In this document: in pieces, positions 1 to 11,651 of the stretch
Layout: each line of letters opens with the position of its first letter
How positions within the stretch are numbered: position 1 is the stretch's first letter
Source: Pseudomonadota bacterium
GTDB lineage: Bacteria; Myxococcota; Myxococcia; Myxococcales; Myxococcaceae
DNA: 64,000 nucleotides
Direction of reading: 5' to 3'
Assembly (NCBI GenBank): GCA_023426545.1
Contig: JAFAAN010000147.1
Coordinates: 1,836 to 65,835, forward strand
Notes under the pieces: model-generated
Told to the model about the DNA's origin: nothing
Seen by the model: the letters and a program-made list of their open reading frames with translations, nothing else
The model's database searches: none
Translations under genes and position numbers: made by a program

Positions 1-1751
1 TCCCGTTATCGCTGGTGGAGCTGGCGGGGGCGCTGCGCGCCGCTGGGGCGCTGCGGATGTCTCCCGGGGGCGGCTGGTACATCGCGCCGGACGCGCTGCT
101 GGACGTGTCCGTGACGCCTCTCTTCGAGCGCCTCGCCGCGCGGGCGCTGGCGGGGCTGCCCGCGACGCACCGGGTGCTGGCGCGGCTCTGCGCGGTGCTG
201 GGCTCGGAGGTGGAGGTGGCCCACGTGGACGCCGCCCTCCGTCACCTGGAGCCGAGCGAGGACATGGCGCGGGTGACGTCGCTCGACGCGGGGGCGGGGC
301 TTCAGCGGCTGGCGCGCTCGGGATTGCTGCGGCCCACCTCGCCGGGGCGCTTCGCCTTCCGTCATCCGTTGCTGCGCGAGGCGCTGGAAGCGCTGCTGCC
401 CGTCACGGCGCGCCGGGTGCTTCACATGGCGGCGCTGCGCGCCACGCCCGATGGTGGCGTGAGTGACCGCCGCCGCTGGGCGCACCACGCCGCGGCTTGC
501 GGTGCCCACGCGGAGGCCGCGAGCGCCTTTCTCTCGCTCGCGGAGTCGGCCCGGCGCGCGCACCGGTCCGTCGAGGCGGAGCAGCTCTACACGCGCGCGC
601 TCGCGCTGCTGCCGGAGGGTGACGTGGAGCGCAGGGCCCTGGCGCTGTCGGGCCGTGGCCGGGTGCGGCACCGGCTCCAGCGTTTCCGCGAGGGACTGGC
701 GGACCTGGGCGCGGCGCGGGTCCTGGCCGAAGCGCGAGGCGACGAGGCCCTACAGGTGGAACTCCTGCTGGAGGAGGCCACCGCGCGAGACTGGATGGAG
801 GACGTGGAGGGCTCCTCCACGTGCGCGCGCGAGGCGCTGGAGCGCATCGAGCGGCTGGATGAACCACGGCTGTCGCTGCGCTGCTCCCTGGCCCGGGGGC
901 GGTTGCACGTGCGGCTGGGCGAATGGAGCGCCGCCGCGCGCATCCTCTCCCGGGTCGTGGAGGGCGCCGAGCGGGCGCATGACCACGAGACGCTCGTCGT
1001 GGCGCTGGCGTTGCTTGGCTCCGCGCTCACGTTCCTCGACCGCAACGAGGAAGCCGCGAGCCGCTTCGATGAAGCCTTGCAGCGGTGTGAGCAGGCTGGC
1101 GACGCCCTGCACCAGTCCGCCACGCTCATCAACCGCGTGTTGCTGTGGTTGCGGCAGGGGGACATGCCGCGAATGGAGGCGGACCTGCGCCGCGCCATGT
1201 CGCTGGGGCGCGAGCTGGGCCATGCCCAGGTGGAGCGCTGGTCCACGTTCAACCTCGCGGAGGTGCTCTACATGCAGGGGCGGCTGGAAGAGGCCCTGCC
1301 GCTGGCCCGCCGTGCCCACGAACTGGGCATGCGCTTCTTCCGGGAGCACCCCGTTCCCGTGGATGCGCTGCTCCTGGCGCGCATCGGCGCGGCGATGGGG
1401 AACCTGGAGGAAGCCACCCGGCAGCTCCGGTGGATCGACGCCCAGTGTCCTCCCGACTCGTTGCCGCCCACTGCCGTCATGCGCAGGCTGGTGGAGCTCC
1501 AGGTCCGGGACGCGGAGGCCGGGGTTTCGTCCACGGACGCGTGGCTGGCCCTGGCGGCGGATGCGGACACCCTGGCCTCGGCCGACGAGAAGGCGGAGAT
1601 CGACCTCCAGGCCGCGCGGGGCGCGCTCCACGCCGGGCGCGTCGAGGAAGCCCGCATGTGGCTTGCGCGTGCCGAGCGGGCGGTGGAAGAGGGGGCGCCC
1701 CTATGGCGCGCCCGACTGGACTCCCTGCGCGCATCGCTTCCGGGCGTGTAG
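1..1751 (+). CDS. C-terminal part of a large TPR/STAND-type signalling protein (5' end outside window)
   Basis: The frame is open from the window edge (no in-frame stop before nt 15) to TAG at 1749-1751. It has Ala/Leu/Arg-rich helical repeats with TPR-like periodicity (AEQLYTRALALLPEGD, EEALPLARRAHELGMRF). In myxobacteria such tails usually follow a kinase or AAA/NB-ARC module, which is not visible here. Confidence 0.6.
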   Translation, partial: PLSLVELAGALRAAGALRMSPGGGWYIAPDALLDVSVTPLFERLAARALAGLPATHRVLARLCAVLGSEVEVAHVDAALRHLEPSEDMARVTSLDAGAGLQRLARSGLLRPTSPGRFAFRHPLLREALEALLPVTARRVLHMAALRATPDGGVSDRRRWAHHAAACGAHAEAASAFLSLAESARRAHRSVEAEQLYTRALALLPEGDVERRALALSGRGRVRHRLQRFREGLADLGAARVLAEARGDEALQVELLLEEATARDWMEDVEGSSTCAREALERIERLDEPRLSLRCSLARGRLHVRLGEWSAAARILSRVVEGAERAHDHETLVVALALLGSALTFLDRNEEAASRFDEALQRCEQAGDALHQSATLINRVLLWLRQGDMPRMEADLRRAMSLGRELGHAQVERWSTFNLAEVLYMQGRLEEALPLARRAHELGMRFFREHPVPVDALLLARIGAAMGNLEEATRQLRWIDAQCPPDSLPPTAVMRRLVELQVRDAEAGVSSTDAWLALAADADTLASADEKAEIDLQAARGALHAGRVEEARMWLARAERAVEEGAPLWRARLDSLRASLPGV

Positions 1752-1910
1752 CGCGAAATGTCACAGAAGTTTGGAGTTGTGACGTGAAGCGCTACGCCAA
1801 CGCAGGCGGGAGATCTGCTCTGATGCTGTGGCGTCCAACCTCCCAGGCGGGCCCGGCCCATGCTTGCTGGGAGGTCATTCTCTCCTTCCGTCGTTGCTGG
1901 AGGAAGTCTC

Positions 1911-3461
1911 ATGTCCCTTCGTTCGCCTCGTCTGCTGGCGGTTCCCTCGCTCCTGATGCTCGCCATGTCGGGCTGTGGGACCGGGCCTCTCGAACCGGAG
2001 TCACCGGGGCTGGGGACGCAGGGGTCGGAGATTCGCATCGCCAACTCGCTCACCACGCAGGCGCTGGTGCTCAACGCGATCGCCACCAACCGCGAATCGA
2101 ACGGCCTGTTGGGGACGATGCCGCTCGAGGAACTCTTCCACCCGACGCTGGGGGATGCCAACACGCGCCTGCGTCTGCATGACCCGAACGCGCAGCGGTT
2201 CATGGAGTACCTGGTGGGTTGTGCCCTGTCGGAAGGGCAGGCACTGGACTACTACGACCCCCGGATGCCCAACCCCGGCCTGAAGAAGTGGTGGGGTCAG
2301 GCGGGCCTCTGCCCGACGTGGGCCACCTCCGCGCCGACGCAGGACTGCCTGGAGCGCGTGTCCGCCTGCGTGCTGGCCCGCAACAACGCGGAGGGCCGGC
2401 GCGTGGAGCTGTCCATGCGGGGTGAGCACCGCTTCACCGCGTCCGGTCCCAACATCTACACGCTGGCGGAGCGGACGCTCCCTGCCGTGCACCGGCCCAT
2501 CTCCGGTGAGCCGATGGCCAGCTTCGAGAGCTGCGGCATGGGCGAGTCGGGCCCGCAGCGCGACTGTGGGTGGACGCCGGATGGCATCGGGAGCTGCACG
2601 CCCGCTTCGACGGTGTGGGTAGGCGCGGGCGGATTGATGTCCTGTGTCGGGATCCCATCCCCGGTGGGCTCCAGCGTGAATGGCCCCGCGGTGCTCCGCG
2701 TGTGCGAGGGCATCGCGGGCTGTGACCACTTCGACGCGCGCAACCTCGGTGAGACGACGGGGACCTGTATGGGGGCGGCGCTCAGCTCGGTGGTGAGCTT
2801 CACCTGCCCGGAGGGTGGGTACTTCAGCGTGATGACGGCGCCGGCCGACAGCACGACCCCAGGCATGGTGGCGAACGTGGAGGCGAGGCCGGACAGCACG
2901 TCGGAGTATGGCCTGTCGGAGCAGCAGGTGTACGGCGTGCGGGAGGGGGCGTTCTACGGCAACATCTTCCTGCCGGACGACCTGGCCACGGAGGTTGACG
3001 TGAAGGAGGTCTACGACGGGAAGCAGAAGGGCGTCGTCGTCGTGGGCACGGATGTCGTCATCCAAGGCTCCATCTATCGGAAGATGTACTCCTGCTATGA
3101 CCCGTCCTGGTCGAGTGGCGCGGCCTACGCGGCGAACCGCGTCTGCGCGATTCCGTCATCGGGCTCCAACTGTGCCGCGAAGGTGACGGGGGCCTGCTTC
3201 ACGTCGCTCAAGCCGCCCGTGGCCGGCAAGTGCGCCATCCAGGACGGAGCCCTCACGTCCGGGGATGGCGACTACGAGCAGTGCCGTGACCACGAAGACC
3301 GGCTGTGGCCACAGTCGGTGACCACGTATCTCCATGCGCCTTGCGACACGGTGACGAAGGAGCTGCGCTCCCAGACCTGCAGCCGGGGCTCCAGGCCGGT
3401 GCCGGTACCGGCGGAGCCGCTGCCCTTGCCCTTTCCCCGTAGGCAGGGCCTCCTGCCGTAG
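1911..3461 (+). CDS. Cys-rich secreted lipoprotein, unknown function
   Basis: ATG at 1911 lies 4 nt after GGAGGAAG (1899-1906). It has a signal peptide plus lipobox (MSLRSPRLLAVPSLLMLAMSGC). The mature protein carries many Cys residues and has coding-like composition. Confidence 0.7.
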   Translation: MSLRSPRLLAVPSLLMLAMSGCGTGPLEPESPGLGTQGSEIRIANSLTTQALVLNAIATNRESNGLLGTMPLEELFHPTLGDANTRLRLHDPNAQRFMEYLVGCALSEGQALDYYDPRMPNPGLKKWWGQAGLCPTWATSAPTQDCLERVSACVLARNNAEGRRVELSMRGEHRFTASGPNIYTLAERTLPAVHRPISGEPMASFESCGMGESGPQRDCGWTPDGIGSCTPASTVWVGAGGLMSCVGIPSPVGSSVNGPAVLRVCEGIAGCDHFDARNLGETTGTCMGAALSSVVSFTCPEGGYFSVMTAPADSTTPGMVANVEARPDSTSEYGLSEQQVYGVREGAFYGNIFLPDDLATEVDVKEVYDGKQKGVVVVGTDVVIQGSIYRKMYSCYDPSWSSGAAYAANRVCAIPSSGSNCAAKVTGACFTSLKPPVAGKCAIQDGALTSGDGDYEQCRDHEDRLWPQSVTTYLHAPCDTVTKELRSQTCSRGSRPVPVPAEPLPLPFPRRQGLLP

Positions 3462-3466
3462 CGCGC

Positions 3467-4846
3467 ATGGCGGCGGGAGAAGAAGAGGCCCTCTATGGCG
3501 AGGAGCTGGGCGCCGGCGCCCTGGTGGCGGACTGGCTGGTGGAGCGCGTCCACTACCGGGGGCCTGGCTCCACACTCTATCGGGCGCGCCACCTCCGCAC
3601 GGGCGCGCCCGCGGCGCTGAAGGTGCTGCTGCCGCAGCCCTCGGACATCGCGCTTCGACGCTTCCGCAGGGAAGCGGAGACGCTCCAGCGGCTGAGCCAC
3701 CCACACATCGTCGCCGTGCTCGGCTACGGCACGCTGGCGGATGGCCGGCCCTATATCGCCATGGAGTGGCTGGAGGGGCGGGACCTCGCCGCGGAGCTGG
3801 AGGTGCGCGGTCCGCTGTCGGCGACCGAGGCGTGGGAGGTGCTGGTGCAGGTGGGCGGCGCGCTCCGAGCCGCGCATCAGGCGGGCGTCGTGCACCGCGA
3901 CTTGAAGGCCCAGAACGTGGTGCGCCTGTCGCGGGAAGGGGCCGGCCCTCAGGTGAAGCTGGTGGACTTCGGCGTGGCCAAGGGGGTGACGCCAGAGGCC
4001 CCGGGGGCCTCCACCCTCACGCTCACCGGTGTCTCGTTGGGCACGCCGCTGTCCATGGCGCCCGAGCAGATTCGAGGCGAGCCCCCCGACGCGCGCACCG
4101 ACCTGTACGCGATGGGTGTGCTGCTCTTCCAACTCGTCACGGGACAGCCGCCCTTCCAGGGCGCCACGCGGCACGAGGTGGAGGACCTGCACCTGAATGC
4201 GCCGCCACCTCGGCCCAGTGAGCGCGCGCCTGTCCCCGCGGCGCTGGACGCGGTGGTGCTTCGCTGCATGAGCAAGCGGCGCGAGGAGCGCTTCGCGGAC
4301 GTGGACGCGCTGCTCGAAGCGCTGCGGAGCGCGGCTCAGGGGGGCGGCGCTCCGGCTCGGTCCACGTTGGCGGTGGCGTTGTACGCGGAGGCTCGGCTCC
4401 GGGGCGCGCCGCAGGTGTCATCCCTGGAGCGGCTGGACGCGTTGCTGGAGCACGTGGGGGGCACCGCTCGCGCGGCGGGGCTCGACGTGCGGCTGGAGGG
4501 CAGCGGGTGCCTGTTGGCCGTTTCGCCGTTGCCCTTGGACGCGGAGTCGCAGCAGGCTGCGCGAGGCCGCGTCTTGCAGGCCGCGTTGGCGCTGGTGGAG
4601 CAGGTGGAGGGGGGGGAGGCGCCCCGGCCCGTGGACCTGGCCATCACCCTGCACGTCGCGCCGCTTCCGACGGAGGACGAGCGCGGTACGGACGGGCTGC
4701 TCTACCTGCCCGGCTGGGTCGCGGAGCCGCCCGGAACGGGGCTGGTGGCGACGGGGGCGGTGCTCGACGGGCTCGCGTCGGGCATCGTGGCGACGCCTGT
4801 GTCCGGTGCGCGGCTGGGCTGCTGGCGCGTCAGCCGCGCGAGGTGA
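3467..4846 (+). CDS. Ser/Thr protein kinase (Hanks type) with C-terminal non-kinase domain
   Basis: It has the ATP-Lys context APAALKVL, catalytic loop HRDLKAQN, DFG (VDFGVAK) and APE-like SMAPEQ. Confidence 0.9.
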   Translation: MAAGEEEALYGEELGAGALVADWLVERVHYRGPGSTLYRARHLRTGAPAALKVLLPQPSDIALRRFRREAETLQRLSHPHIVAVLGYGTLADGRPYIAMEWLEGRDLAAELEVRGPLSATEAWEVLVQVGGALRAAHQAGVVHRDLKAQNVVRLSREGAGPQVKLVDFGVAKGVTPEAPGASTLTLTGVSLGTPLSMAPEQIRGEPPDARTDLYAMGVLLFQLVTGQPPFQGATRHEVEDLHLNAPPPRPSERAPVPAALDAVVLRCMSKRREERFADVDALLEALRSAAQGGGAPARSTLAVALYAEARLRGAPQVSSLERLDALLEHVGGTARAAGLDVRLEGSGCLLAVSPLPLDAESQQAARGRVLQAALALVEQVEGGEAPRPVDLAITLHVAPLPTEDERGTDGLLYLPGWVAEPPGTGLVATGAVLDGLASGIVATPVSGARLGCWRVSRAR

Positions 4847-4849
4847 TGC

Positions 4850-6277
<1,428 letters not shown>

Positions 6278-6358
6278 GATATCACGGGGGCCTCAGCTCA
6301 TGACGTTTGATGCCGCGTCCGGGGCGTGTTTGCCTGAGGGGGCGGGAGAGGAACGCAC

Positions 6359-6757
6359 ATGGCGACACGAGGCAAGGTCCGGGCGGCTCGTGGACAGGCT
6401 GGAGCGGGCTTGACGTTCGACGCGGTGCGGGCGCTGGCGCTGTCCCTGCCGGGAGTGGAGGAGGGCACGTCGTATGGCACCGTCGCCTTCCGCGTGCGCA
6501 AGAAGCTCATCGCGCGCTTCCATGAGGACGGTGAGTCGCTCCTCGTGAAGGTGGAGCTGGGCGTGCGTGAGGTCCTCATGCGGGCCGAGCCGGAGAGCTG
6601 CTTCATCACCGACCACTACGAGGGATATCCGGAGTGCCTGCTCGTGCGCGTCGCCCAGGCCCGCCCGGCGCTGGTCCGGCGGCTGCTGGAAGACGCGTGG
6701 CGGCGGAGCGCCTCCCAGCGCCAGCTCGCGGAGCGGGCGTCGCGGGACGCGGGCTGA
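6359..6757 (+). CDS. MmcQ/YjbR-family small protein
   Basis: This 132-aa ORF shows the family-typical pattern LPGVEEGTSYGTVAFRVRKKLIARF...VKV. The family assignment is from memory of the fold and not verified. Confidence 0.55.
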   Translation: MATRGKVRAARGQAGAGLTFDAVRALALSLPGVEEGTSYGTVAFRVRKKLIARFHEDGESLLVKVELGVREVLMRAEPESCFITDHYEGYPECLLVRVAQARPALVRRLLEDAWRRSASQRQLAERASRDAG

Positions 6758-6902
6758 CTCCGGCTTCGTGCCCTGATGGACCCGTTGGCACGCCGCCGAT
6801 TTCAATGCGAGTCTCTGACGGGGAGGGGGGCAGGCCGGGAAGGGGCGGTCCGAAGTCACCGCGTCCACGCTGGCCGGTCTCACCGGAACGGGAGACCCAA
6901 CC

Positions 6903-8102
6903 ATGTCAGAGTCGGCAGGTGGCCAGGGCGAAGACGGCGGGCGGATTCGCACGCCCGGCGAGGGGGCCCTGCGCGCGGTCCAGTCGCTGGTGGCGCAGGA
7001 CGACACAGACCGTGCGGCGCAGCTCTACGAGGAGCTGGGCGACGCCCAGCGCGAGCGAATTCGCCGCGAGGCGGAGCGGGGACCGGCGAAGCAGCGCCGG
7101 GGCTTCATCGAGGTGCTCCGGCGGGCGCGCGACTTTCTGGGCGCCGCGCGGCTGGTGGATGGTCACGGTGAGGACGCCACCGCCGCCGACCTCTATTTCC
7201 AGAGTGGAAAGTACATGGAGGCGGCGGAGAGTTATCTCCGCGCCGGTGATTCGGAGCGCGCCGCCGCTGCCTTCGAGCGCGGAGGTGCGCTGGAGCGCGC
7301 CCTGTCGCTCTACCGCGAGCTGGGGGCGCGCGAGGCCATGGCGCAGTGCCTGGTCCGCCTGGACCGACCCTTCGAGGCGGCCGCGCTCTACCAGGAGCTG
7401 GGGCAGGCGCACGCGGAGGTGGAGGCGCTCGGAGGCGTGCGGGCGAACGAACCTCGCTATGTGGAAGCGGTGCTGCGCATCTGCCAGTTGCTGGACGCCG
7501 AGGGCTTCACCCACCGGGCGCTCGCGGTGCTGGCGGACGCGGTGAGCAGCTCGGAGGTGGCGCGGGCGCACCCGGAGCTGGTGACGGAGAAGGCGCGGCT
7601 GCTGCGCCGCATGGGCATGGAGGCGGAGGCGGAGGCGATGCTCATCCGCCGCTCGGGAGGGGTCACCGTGCCCGCGGCGAATGGCTACCGCTTCCTCAAG
7701 GCCATCCCCATCTTTGGTGAGCTCTCCCTGGAGGACATGAAGGACCTCTACCGGCTGGCGCGTCAGGTCATCATCGCGCCCGGCACGGTGCTGCTGGAGA
7801 AGGGCTCGCCGGGAGTGGGTCTCTTCGTCCTGATGGATGGCTCGGTGGACGTCTTCAGTGGGCCGGAGGCGGACGCCCGGCACCTCAACACGCTGGGGCC
7901 GGGCGCGTACCTGGGGGAAATCTCCCTGGTGCAGGACGGGCCCGTCTCCGCCCACGTCCGCGCGCGCACGTCCGTTCGCGCGCTGCGCATCTGCCGCGCT
8001 GACTTCGAGCGCTACGTGGACACGCACGAGGCGGCGGCGCTGCGCATCTACCGCCTCTTCACCCAGAACCTGGCGGGCCGGGTTCGCGCGCTGAGCGCCT
8101 GA
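6903..8102 (+). CDS. TPR-like N-terminal domain plus cyclic-nucleotide-binding domain protein
   Basis: The C-terminal cNMP-binding signature is FLKAIPIFGELSLEDMKDL...GSPGVGLFVLMDGSVDV...LGPGAYLGEISLV. The N-terminus has helical repeats (AADLYFQSGKYMEAAESYLRAGD, AAALYQELGQ). Confidence 0.85.
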   Translation: MSESAGGQGEDGGRIRTPGEGALRAVQSLVAQDDTDRAAQLYEELGDAQRERIRREAERGPAKQRRGFIEVLRRARDFLGAARLVDGHGEDATAADLYFQSGKYMEAAESYLRAGDSERAAAAFERGGALERALSLYRELGAREAMAQCLVRLDRPFEAAALYQELGQAHAEVEALGGVRANEPRYVEAVLRICQLLDAEGFTHRALAVLADAVSSSEVARAHPELVTEKARLLRRMGMEAEAEAMLIRRSGGVTVPAANGYRFLKAIPIFGELSLEDMKDLYRLARQVIIAPGTVLLEKGSPGVGLFVLMDGSVDVFSGPEADARHLNTLGPGAYLGEISLVQDGPVSAHVRARTSVRALRICRADFERYVDTHEAAALRIYRLFTQNLAGRVRALSA

Positions 8103-8280
8103 GGAACACGGTCCTCGCCCCACGCGTCCCGACTCCGCTGCGTCAAGCGGAAACCGGACAAGGTGTCACGCACGGAGGCAGGCCCGAGAAGCGCGGAACT
8201 CGTGAGACAAAGAAGGAGGCGCGGACGCGTGTTGCTGTTGCTCTTCACGACGGTCGACGCGGACCCAGGCCAGGGCTAAC

Positions 8281-10611
8281 ATGCCGCCACGCATGTCAAT
8301 GCAGGGTGGCGCCAGTGATGATCCCGATCGGGGGCGGCGCATCGGAAAATACGAGATCCTCACGCGCCTCTCCATTGGAGGGATGGCGGAGCTGTTCCTC
8401 GCGTATACGTCGGGGCCCGGAGGATTTCGCAAGTTCGTCGCGGTGAAGCAGATCCTCCCGGACATCAAGAAGGACGACCAGTTCGTCCAGATGTTCCTGG
8501 ACGAGGCGCGCATCACCGCGGCCTTCTCGCACGCGAACATCGGACAGGTGTTCGACCTGGGTGAGGAGGGCGGCGAGCTGTACCTCGCCATGGAGTTCCT
8601 GCCCGGGCAGAACCTGGAACAGGTGGCGAAGGCGGCCACGCGCCAGGGCTACCCGTTGCCGCTGGGCTTCGTCGGGCGGGTGATCCGGGATACCTGCCTG
8701 GGCTTGCACTACGCGCACCACTTCACGGACCCATCAGGTCGTCCCGCGGTGGTGGTGCACCGAGACGTGTCGCCGAAGAACGTGATGCTCACCTACGACG
8801 GCGTCGTGAAGGTGATCGACTTCGGCATCGCCAAGGCGCGTGGCCGGCTGGGCCGCACGCAGGTGGGGACGGTGAAGGGGACCAGCGGCTACATGTCCCC
8901 GGAGCAGGTGCGGGGCGTGGCCACCCTGGATGGCCGCAGCGACCTGTTCTCCGTGGGCGTCATGCTCTACGAGCTGCTCTGTGGCCAGCGCTTGTTCACC
9001 GGGCCGCACGAGGCGGCGGTGATGATTCAGATCGTGGAGGCGGACATTCCGTCTCCGCGCAGCATCAACCCCGACGTGCCGGAGGCGCTCGAAGCGGTGG
9101 TGATGCGGGCCCTGGCCCGGGACGTATCCCAGCGTTTCGCCAACTGCCGGGAGATGGCGCGCGCCATCGAGGCGGCGCTGGGCGCGGAGCTGTTCGACGA
9201 GGATGGGGTCACCGCCGTCATGGGCGACCTCTTCGCCGACAAGCGCCAGAAGACGCGCACGCTGTTGGAGCTGGCCAGCCGCGCCGAGGATGCCCGTGTC
9301 AGCGAGGCCGCCGGAGCCCTGCAGCAGGACGAGGGTGCGGACGCCGCGCCAACGTCGCAGATGCCGGCCCCTCGCGCCCGGGCTGTGCCGCCGGGTGGGG
9401 CCCGGTCCGGAGGCAGCGGTTCCCACAGGGTGGCGCCGCAGCGTCGGCCCGGGGAGACCATGACGCCTCGCGGTCAGGCGGCCGCCAGCGCGGGAAGCGC
9501 GCCCAGGCCCATGCCCCAGCGCCGCGCCGCCGAAGCGCCCACGCCAGCGTCGCGCACGCCGCGCGGTGGGCACGACGTGGCCGGTGCATCGCGGACGCCT
9601 CGTCCACGGGCGGCGCCCCGGAATGAGCCGCAGCCGGAGCCCGAGTCGCTCGATGAGCCGAGCGACGTCCAGACGCAACAGTTCCGTTCACGGCCCCCGA
9701 AGCCCGGCGCGGAGGGCGCCCGGACTGCTGCCCGCTCGGCGCGAGCCGGCGGGGCCCTGCCCACGGATACGCCGGCGGAGACGCCCGCGGCCCGCCCGCC
9801 GTCCCGGTGGGCAGGGCGGCTGATCACCTTGGCGTTGCTGGGGGGGCTCGGCTGGGCGGCGACGCTGCCCGTGGTGCGCGCGCAGCTCCAGCCTGGCTAC
9901 GAGGCCGCCAAGGCCTGGGTGAAGGCGGAGCTGAACCCGCAGCCCGAGGAGGACCCCGCGAACAAGCCGTGGCCGCCGCAGCAGGCCGGGCCGCCGCCGG
10001 GCTTCCCACGCCCGGCGCAGCAGTCCGCGCCGGAGCCCACCGAACCGGTCGCGGCTGCTCCGGTGGAGCCCGCCCCGGAGGCGCCCGCGGAGCCCCCGGA
10101 CGCGAAGGCCAAGGCGCCCTCGAACGCCGCGCCGGCGCGAAAGGGCAAGGAGGTCGCCTCACCGACCCGGACGGCTTCCGCCTCCAGGGCCGAGCCCGAG
10201 GGGAGCAGCGCCAAGGCGCCTGCCGGAGCAGCGGGGAATGGAGCGGCCAAGGCATCGGCGCCAGTGGCGGCGGCCGCGCGTGCCTCGGCCGAGCCCGTCA
10301 CCACCGCGACGCAGGACGTAGAGGGGCTGGCGGAGGTGCTGGACACCAGCACGGCCAAGGGGGCGGCGAAGGCGGGGTTGGGGTGGATTACGCTCTATAC
10401 GGTGCCGCGAGCGGCGGTGTTCGACGGCGCCACGCACCTGGGGACCACGCCCTTGAAGAAGTTCCCGCTGCCCGTGGGCATCTACCGCCTCCGGGTGGTC
10501 GACCCGACGAACGCGGAGGCAGAGAGCCGGCTCCTGTCTGCTCCCATCAAGCCGGGCGAGGAGACGAAGATGCAGATCCGGCTGGCGGATCTCCCACTGT
10601 ACAAGGAGTAA
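8281..10611 (+). CDS. Membrane Ser/Thr protein kinase with Pro/Ala-rich linker and C-terminal PEGA-like domain
   Basis: The kinase motifs are FVAVKQI, HRDVSPKN, DFGIAK and YMSPEQ. A TM segment (LITLALLGGLGWAATLPVV) follows a long low-complexity region. The C-terminus GWITLYTVPRAAVFDGATHLGTTPL...GIYRLRV is PEGA-like. Alternative ATG starts exist at 8293 and 8299. Confidence 0.88.
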   Translation: MPPRMSMQGGASDDPDRGRRIGKYEILTRLSIGGMAELFLAYTSGPGGFRKFVAVKQILPDIKKDDQFVQMFLDEARITAAFSHANIGQVFDLGEEGGELYLAMEFLPGQNLEQVAKAATRQGYPLPLGFVGRVIRDTCLGLHYAHHFTDPSGRPAVVVHRDVSPKNVMLTYDGVVKVIDFGIAKARGRLGRTQVGTVKGTSGYMSPEQVRGVATLDGRSDLFSVGVMLYELLCGQRLFTGPHEAAVMIQIVEADIPSPRSINPDVPEALEAVVMRALARDVSQRFANCREMARAIEAALGAELFDEDGVTAVMGDLFADKRQKTRTLLELASRAEDARVSEAAGALQQDEGADAAPTSQMPAPRARAVPPGGARSGGSGSHRVAPQRRPGETMTPRGQAAASAGSAPRPMPQRRAAEAPTPASRTPRGGHDVAGASRTPRPRAAPRNEPQPEPESLDEPSDVQTQQFRSRPPKPGAEGARTAARSARAGGALPTDTPAETPAARPPSRWAGRLITLALLGGLGWAATLPVVRAQLQPGYEAAKAWVKAELNPQPEEDPANKPWPPQQAGPPPGFPRPAQQSAPEPTEPVAAAPVEPAPEAPAEPPDAKAKAPSNAAPARKGKEVASPTRTASASRAEPEGSSAKAPAGAAGNGAAKASAPVAAAARASAEPVTTATQDVEGLAEVLDTSTAKGAAKAGLGWITLYTVPRAAVFDGATHLGTTPLKKFPLPVGIYRLRVVDPTNAEAESRLLSAPIKPGEETKMQIRLADLPLYKE

Positions 10612-10620
10612 GCACCGTCC

Positions 10621-10649
10621 TTGACGCTCCGGACCCCCGTCACTAGGGT
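10621..10649 (+). promoter_or_regulatory. Candidate sigma-70-type promoter for glyQS (TTGACG-N17-TAGGGT), implying a leaderless or near-leaderless mRNA
   Basis: TTGACG is at 10621-10626, followed by a 17-nt spacer and TAGGGT at 10644-10649. The glyQ ATG is at 10659, only 9 nt after the -10 element, and no purine-rich RBS lies between them. This is a pattern match only. Confidence 0.3.
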
Positions 10650-10658
10650 CCGCGCGCT

Positions 10659-11640
<982 letters not shown>

Positions 11641-11651
<11 letters not shown>
